Assembly (NCBI GenBank): GCA_965198065.1
Contig: CBDAON010000004.1
Location: forward strand, 1,728,001 to 1,792,000
Source of the DNA: Longimicrobiales bacterium
Lineage (GTDB): Bacteria; Gemmatimonadota; Gemmatimonadetes; Longimicrobiales; Gaopeijiaceae
Length of the DNA stretch: 64,000 nucleotides
Direction of reading: 5' to 3'
A program made the translations under genes and the position numbers. The notes under the pieces are model-generated. The model did not search any database, was not told the origin of the DNA, and was given only the letters and a program-made list of their open reading frames with translations. Shown here one piece after another: positions 55,924 through 64,000 of the stretch. The number at the start of each line of letters is the position of its first letter. Position 1 is the first letter of the stretch.

Positions 55924-56697
55924 ATCCTTCAGCGGGGCGTCGTCTTCGCCTGCCTGTTCGGACCGCCCCGTACACTCAGTCGCCAAGACGGGATGGAGGT
56001 TCACTCGCGGATCTGCGAGCGACTCGGGGTCGACGACGTCTCTTTCCGTTATTCAACAACGGGAGACGAGAATTCCCGCGGATTCTCGATCGCAATGGGA
56101 CGAGCGCAGGGGCGCGGTGGGCTCACGGTGACGATCGACAACAAGAGCATCAACGATCCCGTCCGGCTTCACGTAAGCTATACATGGCCTCCTTCCCGAG
56201 AGCATGTGTACGAGGATATCGATCTCGCCTCGGAAGCAACTTTTGATGCGATCGGTTCCGGGATGAACCGCGTGCTCGTCGAGGCTCGAATTCGTGCGCA
56301 GGTCGAAGCGCGTGGCGGATCTGCAGCAGACTACCTTGCCCGGAACGTGCTGAACCTCACTGACAGGGATTTCGAGGTCCTGCAAGCTCAGCCAAACTAC
56401 TTCGCCATCAAGTATGAAATCCCGGCGGAACATCCAAGCCCAGATAACCCTCTATCGAACCCCAAGAGGGACATGTCGATTGAGGCTCTTCGTGAGGATC
56501 CGAGAGTGCTCTATCTTGAACTCATGTCTCAATGGCCCCAGCTAGCGCCCTCGGGAACGCGTGGCGGGGCGATCGAGATCGACGTGAGCAAGCTCAGACC
56601 ACTCGGTGATGAGCCTCCAAGCGCCTATATCAAGGAGGCTATGGGGTACCTAACGAAGGTGGCCATACCGTTATTCAGCCGATCACAGCCCACCTAG
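55909..56697 (+). CDS. Uncharacterised 262-aa alpha/beta protein (possibly TIGR04255-like)
   Basis: Intact ORF, first in operon with the TA pair; family guess is weak. Confidence 0.6.
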   Translation: MIDSSILQRGVVFACLFGPPRTLSRQDGMEVHSRICERLGVDDVSFRYSTTGDENSRGFSIAMGRAQGRGGLTVTIDNKSINDPVRLHVSYTWPPSREHVYEDIDLASEATFDAIGSGMNRVLVEARIRAQVEARGGSAADYLARNVLNLTDRDFEVLQAQPNYFAIKYEIPAEHPSPDNPLSNPKRDMSIEALREDPRVLYLELMSQWPQLAPSGTRGGAIEIDVSKLRPLGDEPPSAYIKEAMGYLTKVAIPLFSRSQPT

Positions 56698-56724
56698 CGG
56701 CTCCCGGGAAGCAAAGGAGCGACC

Positions 56725-56949
56725 GTGACGACGACTACTACGACAGCCTACACTCTTAGTTCTCAGGTATATGGATCGGTGCCGGGGGAGTTGGACAACA
56801 GTGCGAATAATCCTGTTCCAGTGTGGGAGCCCGGCCTATTCACGCGGCCGAATGTCTCGCCCGCTGGGCAGGAGATTCCCGACGACGAGGCCTGGGCTGA
56901 TCTGGCCGCCGCTGCTAGAGCCCAGTGGGCGGAAGAGAATCCCTACTAG
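56725..56949 (+). CDS. Putative antitoxin (74 aa)
   Basis: AAGGAG RBS; acidic C-terminal helix DDEAWADLAAAARAQWAEENPY; directly upstream of toxin. Confidence 0.55.
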   Translation: MTTTTTTAYTLSSQVYGSVPGELDNSANNPVPVWEPGLFTRPNVSPAGQEIPDDEAWADLAAAARAQWAEENPY

Positions 56950-56961
56950 GGAGGACTCTGG

Positions 56962-57318
56962 TTGGTTGATCTCTTTCCAGGCGAAATCTACGAGGCCTTT
57001 GACCGAGTGGGGCGCCTTCGACCATTCGTGGTGATGTCTCGCCCCGAACTCAACAAGGGCGACTACTTCCTTGCCGCACCATTCACCACTGCGCGTTTGG
57101 AAGAGCGCCAGCATGTCAGGAGCTGTGTGTTCTTCTCACGTGGCTCCTTCGGTCTTGCCAAATCATGCGTCGCCCAGGCAGACGCGCTCACCGTTCTCCG
57201 CAAGACGGACCTTGTTGAACCTCCAACGCCGCTCGGCAAGTTGGACGCCGGAAAATGGAGGCAGCTTGTGCGTGCAATGGGGTTCGTGGTCCAAGCTGAG
57301 TGCCATCCCGCAGCCTGA
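56962..57318 (+). CDS. PemK/MazF-family endoribonuclease toxin
   Basis: GEIY, RPFVVMS, APFTT, GLAKSCVAQAD...LGKL; GGAGG RBS. Confidence 0.85.
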   Translation: MVDLFPGEIYEAFDRVGRLRPFVVMSRPELNKGDYFLAAPFTTARLEERQHVRSCVFFSRGSFGLAKSCVAQADALTVLRKTDLVEPPTPLGKLDAGKWRQLVRAMGFVVQAECHPAA

Positions 57319-57369
57319 CTTCGGCGGCACCCAGAAGATGTTCTTGGTCACAGTCGCCGTCCCTGCGGG

Positions 57370-57497
57370 CGCGAAGGCAAAGATCATTGCTTCTACTGCC
57401 ACGATCAGACGCGGTGCACGAGCTCTGTGCCCGGGAAGTCAAGATATTCCCCACCGTCCGGCTTACGGGCTGGTGATTCCTTCTTCGTTCGCGAAGT
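57370..57497 (+). pseudogene. DISARM DrmA-like helicase relic
   Basis: KIIASTATIRR, AREVKIFP and GLRAGDSFFVRE across frameshifts. Confidence 0.55.
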
Positions 57498-58598
57498 TAA
57501 GATAGACGATCAGACGACTCAAAAATTCCCCACTCTCTAGTGCCCGGTGACCAGATCGGAGTGAGGATCTCCAGCACGTCGGCGCTCGTCACATCGGAGA
57601 GCCTTGAGGATAGCAAGGCGGCGACGGACGTGGAGGTGACAGGCTAGATCGTTACGTGATGTCAAGATTCCCACACCGCGACTTCCCCGTGGTGCGCCCC
57701 CGGCCGTGACGATTTAAGCGGACGCGACCTCCTGAGGGACTGGTAGGGAGACGCTCTGATGTGGACACGCCGCATTAACAAGGCGGTGCTGGGCCCGTCA
57801 GGACGCGGCTCGCTAACCATATGATGGAACGGATGTTGGGGAGAAGAGCCCCGGGTCTGCGAGATCGTGGCGAGTGTTGCGCCAGGTGTTCTAAAACGAA
57901 CACGGTTAGCGAACCAGCGCCACACATCGTGCTGTTCGCATCGCTCAACGGACGGAAATAGTCTGGCAAAGCTGCGTCAGGTAGCGCTACCGACACCGAG
58001 ATTATTGTTGACCGTGCCTTACTCGTTCCGAATGGAGTAGATGATGCCCCGAAGATCATCAGCACCACGGCCTCCCCGCCCTCCCAAGCCGCCAGACCGC
58101 CCTCAGAATCCTCAAACGCCGCGCCTCCCCGGTACGAACGAGTGGGTACGGGCACATTGGCGATGGGACTATACGTACCTCCGGTGGGAGTGGGTCCGAG
58201 GCCATTGGCGTAAGTGACCACAGAGCATCGGTCCATGCAACGGGACCTCTCTCATGCTCTGAGCTGTCGTGACCCGTGACAATTGCTCATTCACCTTCGT
58301 ACGTCTGGATACGGGACGAGATATCAGCGCCGATGATGCTGACCATGCAGCTCTGGCTGAGCAGCCTGGAGCATTACGTCTTCGCTCCCATCGGGAAGAT
58401 GTCGATTTCGGAGGTGACGAGCGCCCGGAGTTGCTATCGCTGTTGTTGACCTAGAGCCGCACTGCGACAACTGTCAGACAGTTGCCCGGATGCGTCCGGT
58501 TGCCGCCCCCGGGGGGATGCTATGTCCACACGAGAACGCAAGACTGGGCCTGGAACATCAGCGTCCGTTGGCAACCAGCTGCAAGAAGGTGACCACTA

Positions 58599-58961
58599 AT
58601 GAGGTACCTACACCTACTCGTGGCCGTGCTGCTCGCGGCACCATTGGCGGCTCAAGACCTTCCCGCACCCGGCGACCACAGGCAGGCCGTCGAGCGTGCT
58701 ACCGGACTCTACAGCGAAGCCATGGCCACTGTGTCGGAGTCGATTGAGGCTATCCAAGCAGATGACTTCTTGATGCTTCAGCTTGCCGTGGGACAGTATC
58801 GCCGCGTGATGACCTACTTGACGGTTTGGCATGGACGCGCGTGCTGGAAGGCCGACTACGAAGGAGCCAACGTTGCCTACCCGCAACAGGCTGTCATGGG
58901 AGAAGTGCTCGCCACATGGGGCGTGGCCCGAGACCTCACAACCGGAACCAACGGGATATAA
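58599..58961 (+). CDS. Hypothetical secreted protein
   Basis: Signal peptide MRYLHLLVAVLLAAPLAAQ. Confidence 0.5.
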   Translation: MRYLHLLVAVLLAAPLAAQDLPAPGDHRQAVERATGLYSEAMATVSESIEAIQADDFLMLQLAVGQYRRVMTYLTVWHGRACWKADYEGANVAYPQQAVMGEVLATWGVARDLTTGTNGI

Positions 58962-59121
58962 TCCCCATAAGTTACTACGAGTCATATAGTTACGACGACG
59001 CAGGACCATCGTATATAGCCGATGATCCGTCCGGCCTCGGGCCCTCTATCATTCGGCGCGTCCGGATATTGTCCGAGTTCTCCGTCCTGACGGCCCTACG
59101 GGCCCCCTGCGCGCGACGTTC

Positions 59122-61188
59122 ATGAACCCAGGTGTTGGTTGGCTCGCGGCCGTCGGCCGCGTGGCGCTCCTCGGGGCCGTCGCGCTCTCCTCGCCGGCCC
59201 TGGCCGCCCAGTCCCCCGACGAGGTCACGCCCGATCTGCTCCAGCGCGTCTTCCCGGACACCGAGCGGTTCGGCGAGAGGGAGGGTGATCCGCCGGTCTA
59301 TCGGGCGTACGGAACGGACCCGGCCACCGGAACCGAGCGGTTGATCGGCTTCGTCTTCCATACCGCGGACATCCCACCCGAGACGAATGGATACTCGGCT
59401 CCGATCCGGGTGCTGCTCGGCATGGACCTCACTGGGGCGATCACGAGCGTCCACGTGACCTCGTACCGGGAGTCCCTCCGGAGCAGCCGCGGTGACTTTA
59501 TTTCGCGCTCGGGGGTCTCTACTCAGTTCTCCGGAAAGATGTTGACTGACCCGTTTCGCGTACGCCAGGACGTCGAGACGATCTCGGGCGCGACGATGAC
59601 CGCGAAGGCGATGGCCCTCGGGATCCGTAACGCGGCTCGCCGCGTCGCGGCGGCATACATGATGGATCAGCGTCGAGCGCCGTCGGAGCCTGTTCCCAGG
59701 CTCGGCACCATCACGCTCGAGGAGCTGGACCGCCTCACGTGGCCGGAGATGATGAGCCTAGGCCTCGTTCGGGAGATCACGGCCGACGAGGGGGGCTCGG
59801 ACCTCCTGCGCATCACGGTCGGTTATCTGCGGGACGAGGCCATGGCCGAAGCGATTATCGGGCCCACTCGCTTTGCGTACGGCATGCCGCGGATCAGAGA
59901 GAGATCTCCGGACGAGCACATGATCTTTCTGGGTTTGAATGGGCCCGACATCCTCTTCTTCCGAACGCGGTCCATCTCGTTCGCCCAGGCCGGCGACACG
60001 ATCCGGACGGTCACTGAGGACTTCCAGGCCACGGGCCTTCTTCCGGACGGGAAGGCCATGGGGGAGTTCCGCCGTACCGGCGTGCTGTCCGTGGATCGCG
60101 AGCGCCTCGACCCGACACGGCCGTTCACGACCCTCGTGGACCTGGAGGACGGCCGCACCATTTCCGCCGAGTACCAGGCCTACGACAGCCCGGGGGCCGT
60201 GGCGAGCGCGGTAGCCGCCGGAGGGGGAGCCGGCGGGGCCGGGTCCGATCCGGGCGCGGAGCCCGCGTTTCAGCTCGAGTTCACCGAGGAGCAGCTGGCC
60301 GAGCTCCTCCTCGAGGAGGAGCTGGAAGAGGGATCCGCACTCGCCCGGACCCTCTCCCAGACGTCGTGGGCTCGGGTGGCCTGGCTCGTCGCCCTCCTGG
60401 CCCTCGTCACGTGGGCATTCGTGGCCAAGCGTGCTGCAGCCGTCCGCTGGGCGGCCCTTGCGGGCACGCTCGGATTCCTGGGCTTCGCGGACCGGGGCTT
60501 CCTGTCAGTGTCACACATTCTCTCGGGGATCTCGGCGGGGCCGGAGGTCTACCTGGGAGACATGTCGCTCCTGATCCTCGGCTCCTTCACCCTCGTCACG
60601 ACGTTCTTCTGGGGACGGGTCTTCTGCGGATTCCTGTGCCCGTTCGGCGTGCTCCAGGACGTGCTCGAGCGGGTCGTTCCCAAGCGCTTCAAGCGAGAGC
60701 TCCCGCGAAACGTCCACGAGAAGGCCCTCTTCGCGAAATACGGGGTCCTCGCCGTAGTCCTCGCGCCGGCGGTCTTGGGCCTGTCCATGACGGTCTACCA
60801 CTTCTTCGAGCCGTTCGGAACGGTCTTCTACTGGAGCCCCTCGGTGCTACTCTGGTCCATCACGGGAGGCTTCCTGGTGGCGTCCGCGATCGTTCCGCGC
60901 TTCTACTGCCGCTATGTGTGCCCGCTCGGCGCGGCACTCGCGATCGGCTCGCTCCTGTCCCCCTTCCGGATCCGGCGGGTCGAGCAGTGCTCGGTCTGCA
61001 AGGTGTGCGAGCAGAAGTGTCCCACCGGAGCGATTAACGGACCCGACATCGACTTCAAGGAGTGCGTGCGCTGCAACGAGTGTGAGATCCAGCTCATCCA
61101 TAAGACGGGTGTGTGCGGGCACGACATGGAGGTGATCCGGCCGCGGCTCGTGCGGCTGAAGACGGCCGGCTCCAGGAGCGCGGCGTGA
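59122..61188 (+). CDS. NosR/NirI-like FMN-binding, 4Fe-4S membrane protein
   Basis: ISGAT flavinylation motif, TM helices, two CxxxCP motifs, CxxCxxCxxxCP ferredoxin tail. Confidence 0.88.
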   Translation: MNPGVGWLAAVGRVALLGAVALSSPALAAQSPDEVTPDLLQRVFPDTERFGEREGDPPVYRAYGTDPATGTERLIGFVFHTADIPPETNGYSAPIRVLLGMDLTGAITSVHVTSYRESLRSSRGDFISRSGVSTQFSGKMLTDPFRVRQDVETISGATMTAKAMALGIRNAARRVAAAYMMDQRRAPSEPVPRLGTITLEELDRLTWPEMMSLGLVREITADEGGSDLLRITVGYLRDEAMAEAIIGPTRFAYGMPRIRERSPDEHMIFLGLNGPDILFFRTRSISFAQAGDTIRTVTEDFQATGLLPDGKAMGEFRRTGVLSVDRERLDPTRPFTTLVDLEDGRTISAEYQAYDSPGAVASAVAAGGGAGGAGSDPGAEPAFQLEFTEEQLAELLLEEELEEGSALARTLSQTSWARVAWLVALLALVTWAFVAKRAAAVRWAALAGTLGFLGFADRGFLSVSHILSGISAGPEVYLGDMSLLILGSFTLVTTFFWGRVFCGFLCPFGVLQDVLERVVPKRFKRELPRNVHEKALFAKYGVLAVVLAPAVLGLSMTVYHFFEPFGTVFYWSPSVLLWSITGGFLVASAIVPRFYCRYVCPLGAALAIGSLLSPFRIRRVEQCSVCKVCEQKCPTGAINGPDIDFKECVRCNECEIQLIHKTGVCGHDMEVIRPRLVRLKTAGSRSAA

Positions 61189-62201
61189 GCGATCGCATCT
61201 CTCGCCGACAGGCGCTCCGGATCACGGCGGCCGCCGGTGTCTCCCTGGCCCTGGGGGGCGGGCTCGCCTACGAGCTGGTGCGGCGGGCTCGCATCCATCG
61301 CGCCAGCGAGACCCGAACGCAGATGGGGACGCTGGTCACCGTGACCGTGCTCCATCCCGACGCAGACCGGGCCCGAGCCATGGTCTCCGATGCGTTCCTC
61401 GAGATCGAGCGGCTGGAGGCTCTCCTCAGCCGGCACCGCGCCGACACCCCCGTCGGCCGGCTGTCCCGGGAAGGCATCGTGCGCGACGCCCCTCCGGAGC
61501 TCACGGCCGTGCTCAGGCGCGCACTCGAGTACTCGGCCCTAACTGGGGGAGCGTTCGACATCACCGTAGCCCCCCTCCTAGATGTCTATCGGAGTCGACT
61601 GGGAAGCGGGGAGTCCCTCCGGCCCGGCGAGGTGGAAGCGGCACTCTCCCTCGTGGACTATCGAAGGGTACGGATGGAGGGGACCGTGATCTCGCTAGAG
61701 CGCCCGGGCATGGCGATTACGCTCGATGGAATCGCGAAGGGATACGTCGTGGACCGGGCCGTCGCCCGGCTCGCGGCGTCCGGAGCCGAGCGTGTTCTGG
61801 TCGAGGCGGGGGGAGACCTGGCCGCTGCAGGCAACGGGGCAGACGAGCAGGACTGGCGGGTGGCCATCCAGAATCCACACGATGCCCGCGGTTCCCTGGG
61901 TGTCCTCCACCTTAGGGGCGAGGGGGTCGCGAGCTCGGGCGATTACATTCAGGCCTTCACCGAGGACCGGCGGCTCCACCACATCCTGGATCCCAGGACG
62001 GGTAGCTCGCCGGAGCACACAAGTGGGGTGACGGTCGTGGCCCGGACTGCGATGGACGCGGACGCGCTCTCCACGTCCGCATTCGTGATGGGGCCGGAGG
62101 AGGGGCTGGCACTCCTGGAAGGTCTGGACGGGGTCGAAGGGCTCATCGTGACGAAGGACGGCACGGAGCTCGCCACTCGAGGGTTCGAGCGAACGGCCTG
62201 A
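61185..62201 (+). CDS. apbE: FAD:protein FMN transferase
   Basis: SRRQAL Tat motif, MGT, GAFDIT, GIAKG, GGD, SG, HILDPRTG, ADALST; GTGA overlap. Confidence 0.93.
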   Translation: MSDRISRRQALRITAAAGVSLALGGGLAYELVRRARIHRASETRTQMGTLVTVTVLHPDADRARAMVSDAFLEIERLEALLSRHRADTPVGRLSREGIVRDAPPELTAVLRRALEYSALTGGAFDITVAPLLDVYRSRLGSGESLRPGEVEAALSLVDYRRVRMEGTVISLERPGMAITLDGIAKGYVVDRAVARLAASGAERVLVEAGGDLAAAGNGADEQDWRVAIQNPHDARGSLGVLHLRGEGVASSGDYIQAFTEDRRLHHILDPRTGSSPEHTSGVTVVARTAMDADALSTSAFVMGPEEGLALLEGLDGVEGLIVTKDGTELATRGFERTA

Positions 62202-62277
62202 GGGTCGGCCTCGGCCCGTCCCACCGACGGCGCGCGCGCCCGGAGGCCCGTCGCGCCGCCCCCCTCTCAAGAACGGC

Positions 62278-64000
62278 TCACCGCGATCTAGGCGTCACCC
62301 GGCGGTCCACGATCGCCGATGCGACCCCGTCGTGCACCGCCCGTCGGAACGCCGTGACGCGGTCGTTTTCCCGCGACGGGTTCACCCGGTTGGTGAGGAG
62401 CACGACGAAAAGATCGAGCTCCGGATCCACCCAGATCGACGTGCCGGTGAAGCCGGTATGCCCGAACGACCCGGCCGAGAGCAGGTCCCCCGCGGACGAC
62501 CGGCCCTGGGGCGTGTCCCACCCCAGGGCGCGGCTCACGCCCGTCTCCGCCCGGGTGGTGAAGAGATCCACGGTCGCGTCCTGGAGGAGCCGGTTCGCGA
62601 TCGGCACGCTCCGCGCTGCGCACGGAAGGCCGCTCGCCGGCTGGAAATCGCACGGTCTCGCCATCCCCCCGCTCGCGAGCATGCCGGCGAACACGGCCAG
62701 GTCCTGGGCGGACGAGAACAGACCGGCGTGCCCGGCCACGCCCCCCATCGCGTGCGCGTTCTCGTCGTGCACCTCGCCCCAAACGTGGTATCCCCGCCAG
62801 GCCCGATCCACCTCCGTAGGGGCGATCCGCGCCCGATCCGCGGCGTCGGGCAGGAAGCCGGTGTGCTCCATTCCCAGGGGACGGAAGGCACGACGTTCCA
62901 GGAACGAGTCCAGAGTCTGGCCGGTGACGGCCTCCACCACCCAGCCTAGGGTCATGAATCCCAGGTCCGAATAGACGGTAGCCTCACCGGGAGGGGCCTC
63001 CAGCAGAAGGTCGGAGATCTCCTCAAGAAACGACGAGGGTTCCGAGAGCTCACTGTAGAACGGTCGGAACGCGGGGAGACCGCTCCTGTGGAGCAGCAGA
63101 TCCCGAACCGTGACCCCGGCCTTCCGCGGATCCCCACGTGCGAACTCCGGGAGGTGGCGCGTGACCGGATCGTCGAGCCCCAGTCGTCCGTCCTCGATCA
63201 GGAGCATCACGGCCGTCGTCGTCCCCACCACCTTGGTGAGTGACGCCAGGTCGTAGAGGGAAAACGGAGTAACGCCCTCGCTCGCCGGGTCCCAGTCCAG
63301 GCGTCCGTATCCCCGGAGACGGACCAGCTGGCCTCGCCGGCCCACCGCGAGTGCGGCCCCCGGGGAGACGGAGTCCTCGAGGGCCCGGAGGATGTACGCG
63401 TCCAGAGCCTCGAGCTGGACTGGATCCATCCCGGTGGAGGCCGGATCCACCTCCAGGGGCGAGATGCGAAGGTTCCGCCACGCCTGCGGAGCCGCGACGC
63501 CCTCGGGCAGGGCCGGGATTCCCGCGAGCGGGCCCCCCGGCTGGTCTCCCGGGGCGCGCTCGAGACCCTCGCCACGCTCGTGGAGTCCGGGAAGGCCGAT
63601 CGGGAGTCGCCCTTGAATCGCCTCGACCCCAGCTACCGCACGAGCGGCTGCCCTCTGGGAGACTTCCCGATCGCCCCAGGCTACGAGATACGTGCCCACT
63701 TCCGGGACGACCCCGAGGAGATAGGGATTCCCGAACGAGAGGAGCGCGGTCGGATGGCGCTCCGAGACCGCCCGCACGAACTCGACGACCGGTCCCGGGA
63801 GCGCGACTGAGCCCGCCCCCGCCCGGGGCGGGACGTAGGCACTCACGAACACGACGTCGAAGCTTCGCGCCTCTTCCAGCATCTCCTCGAGCTCGTCCTC
63901 ACGGGCCGTGGGTCCGATCCGTGCGCTCCGGACCTCCGGAACGAGCCCGCGGAGGGTCGCGTCGAACTCCCGCCCCGCTGGAAGGTCCTCCAGGGCACCG
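62278..64000 (-). CDS. GH3 C-terminal domain plus serine hydrolase (beta-lactamase-like) fusion, 5' end outside window
   Basis: FGNPY, G.LP, ASLTK (SxxK), YSDLG, GHTGFTG, LTNR. Confidence 0.88.
   Translation of the reverse strand, partial: GALEDLPAGREFDATLRGLVPEVRSARIGPTAREDELEEMLEEARSFDVVFVSAYVPPRAGAGSVALPGPVVEFVRAVSERHPTALLSFGNPYLLGVVPEVGTYLVAWGDREVSQRAAARAVAGVEAIQGRLPIGLPGLHERGEGLERAPGDQPGGPLAGIPALPEGVAAPQAWRNLRISPLEVDPASTGMDPVQLEALDAYILRALEDSVSPGAALAVGRRGQLVRLRGYGRLDWDPASEGVTPFSLYDLASLTKVVGTTTAVMLLIEDGRLGLDDPVTRHLPEFARGDPRKAGVTVRDLLLHRSGLPAFRPFYSELSEPSSFLEEISDLLLEAPPGEATVYSDLGFMTLGWVVEAVTGQTLDSFLERRAFRPLGMEHTGFLPDAADRARIAPTEVDRAWRGYHVWGEVHDENAHAMGGVAGHAGLFSSAQDLAVFAGMLASGGMARPCDFQPASGLPCAARSVPIANRLLQDATVDLFTTRAETGVSRALGWDTPQGRSSAGDLLSAGSFGHTGFTGTSIWVDPELDLFVVLLTNRVNPSRENDRVTAFRRAVHDGVASAIVDRRVTPRSR

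Noticed and set aside
57500..58560. Short ORFs downstream of the toxin
   Set aside because: Stop-riddled and unassignable by eye

Overview
High-GC, mosaic accessory region. The kinase and surface-lipoprotein sequences suggest a Gemmatimonadota-like bacterium (inference). Mobile DNA is dense: at least seven IS3/IS407-group copies or fragments, two IS1595, one full IS256 plus a relic, an IS21 relic, three tyrosine recombinases, a relaxase/MobC pair and two tRNA-fragment att sites. Defence content: (i) an orphan type I-E CRISPR array that flips orientation at a perfectly palindromic fused repeat; (ii) a 5'-truncated fused CapRel-like toxSAS beside an IS1595; (iii) a DUF6361-like/PLD/SF2-helicase operon (Azaca-like, helicase truncated); (iv) an intact three-gene operon of an unknown 262-aa protein, a small antitoxin-like ORF and a PemK/MazF toxin, which is the best candidate for an undescribed system; (v) a DISARM DrmA-like relic. 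Also present: a tandem-duplicated cytochrome c/copper monooxygenase gene beside repeated tRNA-Ala-targeting island ends, a collagen-trypsin lipoprotein, a large surface lipoprotein with a truncated paralog, and a NosR-like/ApbE pair. Many single-base frameshifts and abrupt junctions could be sequencing or assembly artefacts. All family calls come from motif recognition by eye; no searches were run.
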